Origin: Macrostomum lignano
Lineage: Eukaryota
Assembly: GCA_002269645.1 (NCBI GenBank)
Contig: NIVC01001629.1
Location: 186,001-250,000, forward strand
Length of the DNA: 64,000 bases
Reading direction: 5' to 3'
Positions within the stretch are counted from its first letter, which is position 1. The number at the start of each line of letters is the position of its first letter. The position numbers were made by a program, and so were the translations under genes. Below are positions 46,596 to 59,334 of the stretch, piece by piece. The notes under the pieces are model-generated. The model saw only the letters and a list, made by a program, of their open reading frames with translations. It was not told the origin of the DNA and did no database searches.

Positions 46596-49317
46596 GGCTC
46601 TCTCGATCCCGTGTTGCTGGGCCGGTGGCTCTAGCGCTCGGAATGCGGAGCTGCAGTCACCTGAAAACAGTTGCCCTCTGAGTGCTTTGCATATAGGGAA
46701 GGGCGACTCTCTGACTCACCGCCTCCCCTCTCTGACTCCGCCGTTTGAGTACAGTCTTGAGCTGCTGTACTGAGCTGCAAATACAATCGGCTGAGACGTG
46801 CAGGTGCATGGGTACTAAGCTGTGCATCCTTTCTGTCCAGTTCCTGCGCATTCTGCATCCCACCCCCCCCCCGCATTCTTCTGGTCTGTTTGGGAAGCGA
46901 CGATAGGCAGGCCTGGGGTCTCTTTGGTGAGCAACTCTTTCCCCCAAGCTTATTACTTCAAGAATAGCTAAAGGAGCTGCTCATTGGCTAAGCGCGTCTC
47001 TCTTTCATTCCCTGGACAGACAGGCTCAAATAGCCAGACTCATCATCTCGGCAAGGAGAAGGGCTAGGAACGTCTTTCAACTGTTCCATTATTTAGATTT
47101 CTGATTTCAAATGCATTCTTTATGATGTACAGTGGATTACGTGGGCTGTCTTTTGTAATTAGCGTTTGATGGATAGAGGACGTTTGAAAAGAACTGGAGG
47201 AGACACTCGATGAAGGCGCTTTTTTGCAAAAACCAAACGATCATTAACTTTATCAGTTTACCAGTCAGACTTGATCAGTTTCGAGGCAGTGGCGCACTGG
47301 CTCAAGAGCAGCTGTGCAAGTGACACAAGCGCTCTGACAGGTAGAAGAGCGCGGTGGAAATATGATTGTACTAACAGTATTTAGTGTAAGGAAGCACTTG
47401 GTTCACAAGCAACAGCGGCAGCAAGAGAAAACCCTAACCGCTGTCAAGGCCACAATTAAAAGCAGCGTCATAGGTGGGAATGTGCAACGCATATCGCAAC
47501 CTCCCATCACGGCCTCGCTCTGCCCCAATGTGATAATTGATCTGCTTCCAATGATTTCAAGAGAAAGATTCCATTCCTGACTCCCTCGTGCTGTCTTTTT
47601 ACCTATAGACAATATGGAAGGCAGAAATGAAGAAATGATGAAAATTGAGAAATAGGCAATCTGTATCTGCAGAGTGAGAAATTTTAGAGGAAAAATATGC
47701 GAAACTTGTTCCTCTACTTGAGACATTTTACAGCTATGTTTGTAAATAAGCTGGTACTCGTACTTCTGCACCAGGGTATACCTTAGGAGCCTGGTGGGAA
47801 TTAAAATGTAAATGAACTTCCCTACGCTCGAAACGTTAAAAACAAACTTTATACATTTGCAAGTTAGGCCTTCGAATCCTTTCTACAACCTCGATTCCGA
47901 TCGCAGGGGGCATCGCAGGGGGCATCGCCATGGATTTTATGGTAGGGGGGACAAAGCTAAGAATTCTACATGTACATGTACGACTAAATACGTACATGTA
48001 CATTATTTTCAGAATCGGTGTTGTCAGCGCTCTTTTTGGCGCCGCAGACACTCATTTAGAGCTGCAGACACTCATTTTAGCGCCGCAAGCACTCACTTTA
48101 GCTCCACTGGCACTAAAAGAAGAAGAAGAATAATAATAATCATAGGGACATTAATAACGCTAATAATAATCCCAAATCCAAAAATCCCTAATAGAAGTCC
48201 CAAACAGGGGTATGCGAATAATTAGGTACTTAAAGGTGAAATTCGCCTTGGCGCAAAAGAATCAACAATATAAAAAGTTTTTCTAAAAATCGTTAGTCTT
48301 TAAGGTCTAAAGAAAAGCTTGCGGCTTCAAAAATTAAGGGAACATTCTATAAAATTTGTGAAAAAAGGAGCTACTAAGGCTCCTATTACAATTCATCAAA
48401 GACAGCTAGCATGCATATGCATGCATGCGTAGCTCGATCCGAATTAGTTTCTGAAAATTCTTTGATCAAGGGGTCCTGCGTAGGCATTGGTGCCGCCGCA
48501 GGTAGCAGTGCAGGAGGGGTGGTGGCTGGGGCGCCGACCTCGCATTCTTCGATGTGCTGCCTTACTTTGAAAATGTGGAAAGATTTTTTGCAGTGACGCA
48601 TATGCAGTTTAACAAATGCACTTACACAATAAGCTAATAATCTACTGCGATTTCGAAATATACATCAAAATTTTACATTTTTAACATAAATCTTTATAGT
48701 TCTTGATATTAAAATCTGTGATAATTTATTAAGTTTTGTTCTAAGAATAGATCAACGTGAGAGCGGCAAACCCCTAATCCAGCTGACAGCAGCCTGTTTC
48801 TCTTCTATTGGTCAGCTAGCAACTGAGTGTACGCGAAGATCTAGAATAGAAAAACTGGTTTTCTTGCTGCTAATCCAGTTCGTTTGCCGGCCAGCAGTTC
48901 ATAAAAGATATTAAAGCAAGCAAGCGTAGGAGTTTCTAAAATGTGTGCAAGGCAGCAGGTCATCCTTAGTTTTGATCTAAGAAACAGATTTATATAAGCC
49001 CCTGTAACTTAAGTTTTAACTCTGTCCTGCGGCTCAGTCAGCGGCTGTCTTCTGCATTCTGAAGCTTAGTTTACTTAAGCTTATTCGACATTAGCAGGTA
49101 TTTTAAAACCAATTTCAGCTCGACTATATCAATGTTTTGCGCAAGCTGAGGCCCATTCTATTCACTATTTGTTGGCAATTGCAAAATTTCAGTGTTGCCA
49201 CCCCGGCGAATTTTAATCGCTGGGCGATTTTAAATAGCTGAGCGATTTTTTTTGTCATATTCAGCAATTTTCAGCGATGTTTTATTCTTATGAGGTAGAA
49301 TCCCCCCCCCCCAGAAT

Positions 49318-49640
49318 TACCCCAGAATTACCCAGAATCGTGAGATTCTGGGGGTAAGAATCGTGAGATTCTGGGGGTAAGAATCGTGAGATTCTGGGGG
49401 TAAGAATCGTGAGATTCTGGGGTAAGAATCGTGAGATTCTGGGGGTAAGAATCGTGAGATTCTGGGGGTAAGAATCGTGAGATTCTGGGGGTAAGAATCG
49501 TGAGATTCTGGGGGTAAGAATCGTGAGATTCTGGGGGTAAGAATCGTGAGATTCTGGGGGTAAGAATCGTGAGATTCTGGGGGTAAGAATCGTGAGATTC
49601 TGGGGATAAGAATTGTGAGTTTCTAGGATAAGAATCATGC
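49318..49640 (+). repeat. 23-bp minisatellite, ~13 copies
   Basis: Unit CTGGGGGTAAGAATCGTGAGATT. Confidence 0.95.
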
Positions 49641-50360
49641 TCAAAACAAAGCCTTTTATTTTAAAGTTGCAGCGATTTTTTATTATATAGGCCTATGCAA
49701 TTTTTGCGAGCCAAGAGTCGGTGGCAACATGCAACAGGCAATTTGCAATGTGCATTAGGCCTATTTTAACCTCGGACTTGCTTGGACTTAAAGGTTCTAC
49801 TTTTCTGCTTCCAAATTTACTCTGCCAATTTATTTAACTCAATGACTGTAATCTAGAACTATATTTCTACTAGGCCTACATTATGTCTATATATATCTAA
49901 TAGCATATTATAGAAACTATAAAATCATAACTAGAATAGCATTTTTAAAGTTAAAGGTTAATCATAAAACAAAGAAAATAATATTTTGTTCTTAGTTAGT
50001 ATTAGAATTATCAACTATATTTTATTTACCAATATTAGATAATCTATTTTTTTAACATAATTTTAACATATTTTAACTTTTATAAGGCCTAAATTATACA
50101 AATATTTAGATTTTAAAGCAAGTTAAAAATCTATTTTTGCCTTGAAGGTTTTTGATAACCAACTATTTTGTTTATGTTTTGTATATTGTGTTTTTATTTC
50201 TTTTTTGTAGAGATTGGGGCATTTTGTGGAGGTTAGTTGCCACTTTTTATAGGCCTACTTTTTAACTAAAATGGTCCTATACCCTCATTAGTAGGACCCC
50301 TAGTTACTTGTCATTTTTATTACTTCATTTTAGAGAATTTAAATAACACTCATTTTATAG

Positions 50361-50866
50361 TTGAGCTGTTGCCCTTGCCAACTGTTCCAGCCTCAGCAGC
50401 AGCCCTGACAACTCGACCTTCATCACCAACATACAAGCATTCATACAAGCTGTCTCAATTCATGGGCCGGAAGCAGAGGCTGCCCCGCAGGCAAGAGGAC
50501 GATGTTGCCATTGCTGGCAGCGTCTTCACTGATTCGCCAGACAATGCAGTTGAGGTCGCGACTTCCCTGAGGCGGCCGCTGAGCGTCACCCAGGCAGCTG
50601 CCGAGCTGGATGGCGGCGCCACCGTGCCGATTGTGTTCTCGCCCTCGCCAACTCCGCCGCTGTCGCCCTCGCTGGTGTCAGCGGCTTCATCTTTGCTGTC
50701 CTCGCCGCCGATCCCGCTGCTAACAGCGTCGACAAGTTCCGCTGCTTCGCCGCCGCCACCACCGCCGCGAAAGCAGCTGCGCCTTGTTGCGCGGGCGTCG
50801 ACTGAGCAGCCGCAGCAGCAGCGACTGCCGCGCAGGCAGAATCGAAAGCGAAGCCTTGCAGCTGAG
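50361..50866 (+). CDS. Exon of orphan Pro/Ser-rich protein (possible start ATG 50462, MGRKQRLPRR)
   Basis: Acceptor CATTTTATAG after a very AT-rich tract; GC-rich open frame; weak donor GTGAAG phase 0. Confidence 0.55.
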
Positions 50867-51074
50867 GTGAAGCCCTTATTGTTGTGTGCACCTGTGTGCG
50901 TACAGTTCACAGAGAATCCAGACCATTAGGGTTGCCTCCATTGTCAAGTTTTTTGTCTGGTCATTTTGTTCGACTTTGGCATTGTGCTAAATATAGATAT
51001 GCAAAATGGAATATACGTTTTTTAGAACAACTGTTTAAGATAGGGGGCGAAGTAAACAGGGTATCATGTTATAG

Positions 51075-51975
51075 GACTGGAGGGTAGCACTGAACGACTG
51101 GAGGGTAGGCATTAAAAGACCGGAGGGTAACACTAAAGGACGGGAGGGTAGCACTAAAGGACCAGAGGGTAACAGTAAAGGACTGGAGGGTAGCACTAAA
51201 GGACCGGAGGGTAACACTAAAAGACCGGAGGGTAGCACTAGAGGACCGGAGGGTAACACTAAAGGACCGGAGAGTAGCACTAAAAGACCGGAGGGTAGCA
51301 CTAGAGGACCGGAGGGTAACACTAAAGGACCGGAGAGTAGCACTAAAAGACCGGAGGGTAGCACTAAGACCGGAGGGTAGCACTAAAAGACCAAAAGACC
51401 GGAGGGTAGCACTAAAGGACCGGAGGGTAACACTAAAAGACCGGAGGGTAGCACTAAAGGACCGGAGGGTAACACTAAAGGACCGGAGGGTAGCACTAAA
51501 GGACCGGAGGGTAACACTAAAGGACCGGAGGGTAGCACTAAAGGACCGGAGGGTAACACTAAAAGACCGGAGGGTAGCACTAGAGGACCGGAGGGTAACA
51601 CTAAAGGACCGGAGAGTAGCACTAAAAGACCGGAGGGTAGCACTAGAGGACCGGAGGGTAGCACTAGAGGACCGGAGGGTAGCACTAAAGGACCGGAGGG
51701 TAGCACTAAAAGACCGGAGGTAGCACTAAAGGACCGGAGGGTAGCACTAAAAAACCGGAGGGTAACACTAAAGGACCGGAGGGTAGCACTAGAGGACCGG
51801 AGGGTAGCACTAGAGGACCGGAGGGTAGCACTAAAGGACCGGAGGGTAACACTAAAAAACCGGAGGGTAGCACTAAAAAACCGGAGGGTAGCACTAAAAG
51901 ACCGGAGGTAGCACTAAAGGACCGGAGGGTAACACTAAAGGACCGGAGGGTAACACCAAAGGACCGGAGGGTAAG
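51075..51975 (+). repeat. 21-bp intronic minisatellite, ~42 copies
   Basis: Unit GGACCGGAGGGTAGCACTAAA. Confidence 0.96.
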
Positions 51976-52642
51976 CATTAAAGAGCACAATCAACCGCAC
52001 AGTCACACTTTTGCGGTGACTCGAGCATATTGTTTTTCATTAAAAATTTAGGAAAGAGCTAGTTATTTAGGAAAGATAAGCGCTGATCTGAAGAGCCCCA
52101 GGCCCAGTTAAAGTACTCAGCAGGGGGTGCTGACGTCATCAGAAGCTATTTTGTGTCACCGCCACTCAGCTAAAGTGAATTGGCATGAATTCTATATAAT
52201 TTCACATTCATTTATCTCGCCTGCCTACCAGAGAGTACAAAAATGCGTCTTAGACATGTGATTCTTGCTTTCTCCTACTTTTCATTCTCTCTAAACCTCA
52301 CCCACTCTTGCTACAACTGGCTGTGGAACCGGCCGGTCAGATGACCGAGCCGCTATTTGAGTGGCGGGTGCAGCCAGCTTTGCATTGCTGCGTACATTCA
52401 CTCCGCCTGTCTGCCCTGGCCGCTCGCTCTATTAATGGCTAAAGCAAACAAATAGCTGGGAGGGTCAGGTGACATTGAGGTATCTGATCTGGCTCGGAGC
52501 GGCAGTTCCAGATCGAGTTCACCGTTTAGGATTTCTTTAATTTTACTCTTTTGATTTTTTTGTAAAATTTTACTGCTCATATCCCTGACGCTGTAAGTAG
52601 TATGCAAGGCTTTAATCTTTTTTGTTTACCGTCCTCTTCCAG

Positions 52643-52864
52643 CCTCTCTCCGCCGCCCGGTTTGCTTCAACGGCCAGCATCTACATTCTGCCGGCGCAGC
52701 GCCGCCTTCAGTCGCTGCAACCGCCGGCGCCGCCCTCGCCGCCGATGTCGCTGTTTGGCAGCGGCGAGTCCACCAACAGCTGCAGCAACCTGAGCCTGCC
52801 GGCCTCGGCGGCCACTTCTGACGACTGCGGCTGGCTCGCTTGTAACCGCGAGGATTCGCCTGAG
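52643..52864 (+). CDS. Exon of orphan Pro/Ser-rich protein
   Basis: Acceptor CCTCTTCCAG, donor GTGAGC, phase 0/0, PLSAARFAS...NREDSPE. Confidence 0.6.
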
Positions 52865-53112
52865 GTGAGCGGATTGCGGCTTTTGATGTTAGAGAACACC
52901 TGGGCAGGAATATTATCTAGAACTCTACTGTTAGAGGGCATATAGGCTGGGCACTGATTTCCAATCCAGATATGCTTCGCATTTAGGAGTCCATGATCGA
53001 ATCGCTGGTCCTGAGTCAGTTGTCCTTGTATCTATGTGTTTGACTGCACAATCGGTTATTTGTACTGTCAGTAGCTGACAGGAATTTTATTGTTTTTTCT
53101 CACCTCTGGCAG

Positions 53113-53241
53113 GCGGCGTCAGTCAGCCTGGCCGAGTCCGACCCGCTCATCAGCTGCCGGTGGCTCAAAGCTGGCGCCCCCCAGCCTGTCTGCGGCAGCG
53201 GCGGTGGCAGTCTTACTAGTCACGTGACAACTCGTCCGTCG
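53113..53241 (+). CDS. Exon of orphan Pro/Ser-rich protein; downstream exon uncertain
   Basis: Acceptor CTCTGGCAG, donor GTGAGT, 129 nt open (AASVSLAESDPLISCRWLK...TTRPS). Not in the ORF track. Confidence 0.6.
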
Positions 53242-53474
53242 GTGAGTTTTGGCGGTTTATTTCAAGGTCAAATTCATTAAGATAAGTAGGCCAATATATT
53301 TTGCACTCAATAGATGCTAGAACTGCCATGGTTAAAACTGATTGCATTTAATGTACTTTATATTCAGTATAAGTTTCTGCTTTTTAAATGATTTGGTATA
53401 TAATGCACCAACTTGACTCTTCTCATTATGATTGAGCCGCCAAAGTCCCAGATCTTCCGGATGGGCCACCGTCG

Positions 53475-54432
53475 GATCCCCAGTTTCTGGGTCTCTGCCT
53501 TCCCAGATCCTCAGTTTCTGGGCCTCTGCCCTCCCAGATCCTCAGTTTCTGGGCCTCCCAGATCCTCAGTTTCTGGGCCTCCGCCCTCCCAGATCCTCAG
53601 TTTCTGGGCCTCTGCCCTCCCAGATCCTCAGCTTCTGGGCCTCTGCCCTCCCAGATCCTCAGCTTCTGGGCCTCTGCCCTCCCAGATCCTCAGTTTCTGG
53701 GCCTCTGCCCTCCCAGATCCTCAGTTTCTGGGCCTCTGCCCTCCCAGATCCTCAGTTTCTGGCCTCTGCCCTCCCAGATCCTCAGTTTTTGGCCTCTGCC
53801 CTCCCAGATCCCCAGCTTCTGGGCCTCTGCCCTCCCAGATCCTCAGCTTCTGGGCCTCTGCCCTCCCAGATCCTCAGTTTCTGGGCCTCCGCCCTCCCAG
53901 ATCCTCAGTTTCGGGGCCTCCGCCCTCGTAGATCCTCAGTTTCTGGGCCTCTGCCCTCCCAGATCCTCAGCTTCTGGGCCTCTGCCCTCCCAGATCCTCA
54001 GTTTCTGGGCCTCCGCCCTCCCAGATCCTCAGTTTCTGGGCCTCTGCCCTCCCAGATCCTCAGTTTCTGGGCCTCCGCCCTCGTAGATCCTCAGTTTCTG
54101 GGCCTCCGCCCTCCCAGATCCTCAGTTTCTGGGCCTCTGCCCTCCCAGATCCTCAGTTTCTGGGCCTCTGCCCTCCCAGATCCTCAGTTTTTGGCCTCTG
54201 CCCTCCCAGATCCTCAGTTTCTGGGCCTCCGCCCTCCCAGATCCTCAGTTTCGGGGCCTCCGCCCTCGTAGATCCTCAGTTTCTGGGCCTCTGCCCTCCC
54301 AGATCCTCAGTTTCTGGGCCTCCGCCCTCGTAGATCCTCAGTTTCTGGGCCTCCGCCCTCCCACATCCTCAGTTTCTGGGCCTCCGCCCTCGTAGATCCT
54401 CAGTTTCTGGGCCTCTGTCCTCTCAGATCCTC
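53475..54432 (+). repeat. 31-bp minisatellite, ~30 copies
   Basis: Unit CCCAGATCCTCAGTTTCTGGGCCTCTGCCCT. Confidence 0.96.
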
Positions 54433-55810
54433 AGGCTGGGCCGCTGCTACCATCCCAAATGTAGAAGATACCCATTGTAGGAGGCTGTGGAAAGTATTCT
54501 AGTCATTTTAATTGTGTTAATGCAAGCATTCAAAAAAGTCTCACACAGTGTCTACAAGTGCTGTGTCCCAAATTTGGAGTTCGAATTCCTCGCGAACAGG
54601 CAGACAAGACAGACAGTTAATAATGCTTCGCACACAAAGACCACGTGGCACAAAGACTTGTGTATGGGAGGGGGGTCCCGGACGCCCGGAGACGGAGGCC
54701 CTGCAGTTTTTTCTATTCAAACGACTTTCCTAATTTCCTGTCGAGTGTGTTTAATTGCCTTGGGTGTGGTGTGGAATCAAGGCCCAAGACTGGAAGACTC
54801 GGAGTTCTAGCTGTCTGAGACAAAGACTCGAAAGTCTTTATCTAGCACCCATCCATGGCCTGCGTATAGAAATGCTTAGGGCTCTCACAGACAAAGAGAC
54901 TGGCGGTGTCCCGCTGCTGTCAGCGTCTCCCGCTCCGTCTTCATCAAGCCAGGGTTTAAAACGACTCCGAAGAAATTGTTGAGCTGGTATTGCTGGGTGC
55001 GTCTGTGTTGATATTCCTGAGCATAGTGAGCATAGGCCAGATGAGGAGCCTGGCATGCCCTTGTCCGTCTGCCTTCCCCATAGCGCGCGCGTGTGACCTA
55101 CCGCTCCCCCTTGAGTGACTGCAATATAATATATTTATACCGCGAGTCAGCCAGAGCCAAGTCCGGTCTTTGTGCTGCCGGAGCGGCGAGGCTGTGGGAA
55201 GACTTCGCTCCCAGTCCCAGCTGGCCAGTTCTCCCAAGCAATTCTTCTCGATTACTCGAAGCCATCTGGCAGAAACAAGAAGATCGCTGCTTCTTTCAAA
55301 CCTCCCCCAGCTTTTTTATTCCCTCTCGCTTTGAATAAATAAAAATCCCAGGCTTCTCCCGCTCGGCCTGGAGATTGGAGTGAACGCCTCCATTGTTGTG
55401 CTGACGCGTGGCTGGGGGGGGGGCTGGGTTCCCGCATCCCCGGATCCAGCTGGTGCGTGCGCTAGCGAAAAAAGCACATGCCCCCCAGTATCCCTGCAGC
55501 TTTTTTGGATTATGGCTCTTCTTATCTTAATCCGCAAGCCGGACTCCCCATTCTCCCATCCATTGTTATCCCCTGTTTGCTTTGCGGCCTGTCGGATCGC
55601 CCGGGCTGGGCAGGGTGGCTGCGCCGCCCTCTGCCCCGAGTTGTTGGCTCGGTGAAACTTTAATTGGTTGGAAAGTGGAGCTGGGGTGGCTGCGGCCTGC
55701 GCTCCCCTCTCCCATTGCGGCCTCATCTGCATATATAAATATATAGCTGCACGCTCACTGGGTGAGATCGGAGACGGAATTTGGAAGCAATTCAAAGCAG
55801 CTGAAGAAGC

Positions 55811-56391
55811 ATGGAGTCGCCATTGATGAAGCAGAAGTCAGCCGCGCAGCCTCCGCAGTTTCTTGCCGGGCTGCTTCGCCTGCCAAGCCGGCCGAAGCTG
55901 AACCAGCAGCACCAGCTGCAGCGTTCGTTCTGTTGCCATGGCAACAGCGTCTCTAGCGACGGCAAGTTTTTCGGCCGACCATTGGAACTGCAGCCAACAA
56001 CGGAGGTGCCGGGACTTGGCGCGGTGCCAGCCATCCTGGCCGCCTGCTGTGACCATCTGGTCAGTCACGTGACAGACGAGGGCCTGTTCCGCGTTGAGGC
56101 GCCGCGGTCGCGCCTCGTCGAGCTGCGTCGTCAACTCGATGCCGGCGCCGGGTCGGCGAAGCGACGCCGCCGAGGGACGTCGCCTGCGCTCTGAAGGCGT
56201 GGCTCCGCGAGCTGCCCGAGCCGCTGCTGCCGCCAGCGATCGCCCAGGAGCTCGCCGAGGCTGCCGCTGTCGGTGTTGCCGACGACGATGGGGCTCGAGC
56301 TCGCGACCTGCTGCGCCGGCGATGCCGACCTCCGGCCGTGTCGCCAAGCCAACTGCGGGCGCTGCGGCATCTGTGCGAATTTCTGGCCAAG
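55811..56391 (+). CDS. ARHGAP11A: ARHGAP11-like RhoGAP, exon 1 (1-nt frameshift at GGG 56150-56152)
   Basis: GKFFGRPL...VPAILAACC...EGLFR (Arg finger), then after the frameshift DVACALKAWLRELPEPLL...LRHLCEFLAK; in-frame TGA 9 nt upstream of the ATG; donor GTGAGG. Confidence 0.8.
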
Positions 56392-56497
56392 GTGAGGCAG
56401 CTGCGAATTCCATTTCTGATTTTTCAGTTCTCTAACAGTTCCTTTGTTTGACTCTAATTAATTCCTCCTTTCTCAACCCCATCAATCACCTGGCCAG

Positions 56498-57511
56498 GTG
56501 GCTCGGCACTCCGCCTCCAACCGCATGGACGCTGACAATCTGGCCACCTGCCTCGGGCCCTGCCTTCTGCGACACGTGGGCGCAGCGGCCGCCGCCTCCG
56601 CAGCCTCGCCGTTGCTGCCGCCGGCTTCGCCTCGAGACGCCGTTGCTCGGCTGAACGCCGCCGCCGCCTTGCTGGTCCGGCATCACCAAGAGCTCGGCGC
56701 CATCGACTCGACGACAGCGGTGGAGCCTCCGCCTCCGGCTGTTGAGGCTGGAAAGCGCGGACGGAGCGGCAGCTGCAGCGGCAGCGGCGGCTCCTTTGCC
56801 GCCCTCCGAGCCGCTGTCGGCCGCTTCGCCAGCAGGTCGCGCTCGCGCAGCCCCGGCAGCCGGCGCGGCCAGGCATCTCCGTTCTCGGCGTCGTCGACAG
56901 CGGCGGCTCGGGCCCCGTTGGCCACCTCATTGCGCAACCTGGTGGCCGCCGCCGCCGCTGGCAGGCGTGCCGCGCCGCTCATCGGCGGCCGCCGTCCGTC
57001 AGCGCAGAGTCCCGCCGCGACGGTCGCTGCAGACGCCGTCCCGGCCGAGCCCGACGCCGCCGAGGGCCGGCGGTTCCGGCAGTTTCTGCTGAGCCGGCTG
57101 GGCGGTCAGGAACCGCCAAAGTCGCCCAGCTCGTCCAGCTCTGCCTCGCCGCCTCCGCTGACTTCGCCGTCCTCCCCGCCGTCCAGTGTTGAAGTGTCGA
57201 CGCCGCCGTCTCGGTGCCGTCCCGGTGATTCTCGCCGACGGCGCCTCCTGCGATGTCGCCGAGTTGGCGGTGGTCGCCGCGGATTCGACGAGTCGCCGTC
57301 CAGCGGCGGCGGCGGCGGCTTTTCGCCCCGCGACAGCCTGCGCGCCCTCCGGCTTCGGGGAGTTCGTCGGCAGAACGGCGGCGGCAGCGGCGGCAGCGGA
57401 AGCGGCGGAGTCGGCCGGCGCTGGCCGCGGCTTCTGATCTCGCCGTCGTCCATGAAGGCCCGCCTGCTTCGGTCCGAAGGTCTGCTGAGCTCCGCTCGGT
57501 TGAAGTCTTGA
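56498..57511 (+). CDS. ARHGAP11A: ARHGAP11-like RhoGAP, terminal exon
   Basis: Acceptor CCTGGCCAG; VARHSASNRMDADNLATCLGPCLL completes the GAP domain; disordered S/P/R-rich tail. Confidence 0.85.
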   Translation: MARHSASNRMDADNLATCLGPCLLRHVGAAAAASAASPLLPPASPRDAVARLNAAAALLVRHHQELGAIDSTTAVEPPPPAVEAGKRGRSGSCSGSGGSFAALRAAVGRFASRSRSRSPGSRRGQASPFSASSTAAARAPLATSLRNLVAAAAAGRRAAPLIGGRRPSAQSPAATVAADAVPAEPDAAEGRRFRQFLLSRLGGQEPPKSPSSSSSASPPPLTSPSSPPSSVEVSTPPSRCRPGDSRRRRLLRCRRVGGGRRGFDESPSSGGGGGFSPRDSLRALRLRGVRRQNGGGSGGSGSGGVGRRWPRLLISPSSMKARLLRSEGLLSSARLKS

Positions 57512-57847
57512 AGTCAGGAGGATTTGCTTGATAGATAATTGACCGCTTGCTCTTTCACTCTGCAGCTTAAATTCTATTGTATATAATCTTATACTCATCT
57601 TAGTTTACTATTACTGCCAGTGTCTGCCAATCTTTGCACAATACCAATATATTTCGAAATGTGCTGTGCTTTGCATTTTAACTAAATTCGAAAAAGCAGC
57701 GGCGTCTTGGGATTTTAAATCAATTTTATGCTTTGGAAATATTTTTTGTTTACTTGCGATGCTCAAATTGTTGGTTTTGTGTGGACATTAGTATACGAGT
57801 TTATTGTCTTATTCCGAAGGTCCTGTATCTCTGCTTGGTAGGTGCCG

Positions 57848-58330
57848 CTGCTTCTCCCCACTGAGCTTCAGTGGGTGCTGCTTCTCCCCACTGAGCTTCA
57901 GTGGGTGCTGCTGTTCCCCCTCCTGAGCTTCAGTGGGTGCTGCTGTTCCCCCTCCTGAGCTTCAGTGGGTGCTGCTGTTCCCCCTCCTGAGCTTCAGTGG
58001 GTGCTGCTGTTCCCCCTCCTGAGCTTCAGTGGGTGCTGCTGTTCCCCCTCCTGAGCTTCAGTGGGTGCTGCTGTTCCCCCTCCTGAGCTTCAGTGGGTGC
58101 TGCTGTTCCCCCTCCTGAGCTTCAGTGGGTGCTGCTGTTCCCCCTCCTGAGCTTCAGTGGGTGCTGCTGTTCCCCCTCCTGAGCTTCAGTGGGTGCTGCT
58201 GTTCCCCCTCCTGAGCTTCAGTGGGTGCTGCTGTTCCCCCTCCTGAGCTTCAGTGGGTGCTGCTGTTCCCCCTCCTGAGCTTCAGTGGGTGCTGCTGTTC
58301 CCCCTCCTGAGCTTCAGTGGGTGCTGCTGT
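57848..58330 (+). repeat. 32-bp minisatellite, ~15 copies
   Basis: Unit CTGAGCTTCAGTGGGTGCTGCTGTTCCCCCTC. Confidence 0.96.
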
Positions 58331-59334
58331 TTCAAAGGTTTTTTCATCCGTGCACTGAAACGGATATAGAATTTGATATAGCGAATTAATCATTGACTGG
58401 GTGCCTTTATTTGCCTTCAGATTTTTCAACTGTTTTTCTCTTAGCATAAGAAAACTTGAAGTCGCTCGCTATAGTTCGGCCTAAACTGTTTACCTTCGTA
58501 ATCAAGGGAAACTGATGAAGGGAGCAGCATCCAGCTTCTCCCAGACTGGCCCGCCACTTGCCGAATAGAGCCGTCTGATAGATTTGTCTCCCCGGGGAGT
58601 CCGTAATCCCGACACCTATTCACTGTCCCCAAGCAATTCCCTATTCAGCCCATTGACTTTTTATTTCACACCCGTGCTGGGGTGGGCGCTGCGGGACTGT
58701 TGGCTTCCACTTCACTGATCCTCTGAGCAAACGAATTAAAGTAAATGGATAATTTATCCCCGAACCAGTTTGATTGCGCAACGGGTCCTGCGGGTCTCTG
58801 GGCGGTTTTGAGGAATTAAATCTCTTTTTTTCCTCCTAACCCCATCTTCTGTAAGCAGACTGATTGCTCCCTCCCAGAGTTCCATTCCTGCCAGGTGGGT
58901 CAGGGGGCCGGGAGCTGACATCTGCTTGCTCGGGAAGGGGTTGCGTCACCGCTCGACTTCTGGCGGGAATAAATCTGGGGCTTGGGGGGGCTGCTTCTTT
59001 TTTGCAGGTGAAAATGGGATTTCTGCCTGAATTGGGCTGGGGATCTCAGATCGGAGAAGGTTAAAGCTGCGCTGCCGACTTTTCTCCCCTAATATTATTG
59101 TTGCTAAGGCGAGCTGCGGCCTCGCAACTGTTGCGGGTGGTCCCGGCTGGCCGGGCTGGGGCTGGGACTGCCTGGCAATCGGACACCGGCCGTCTCATCT
59201 TTCCTCCGGCTGCGCGCATCTGCGCCTGCCTGCTTTTTTAGGGTTGCGCTGCCGCGCTGAGCTCGGGTTTCCTCCCGGCCCCAACCAGTGGAGCGAAAGT
59301 TGGTGCCGACTGCGGCTGACTTTGCCTGGCCTTG

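Noticed and set aside
53413-54271. PDPQFLG-type repeat ORFs
   Set aside because: Artefact of the 31-bp array
59104-59330. GC-rich minus-strand segment as a terminal exon
   Set aside because: Begins inside a microsatellite, with no credible acceptor or upstream exon
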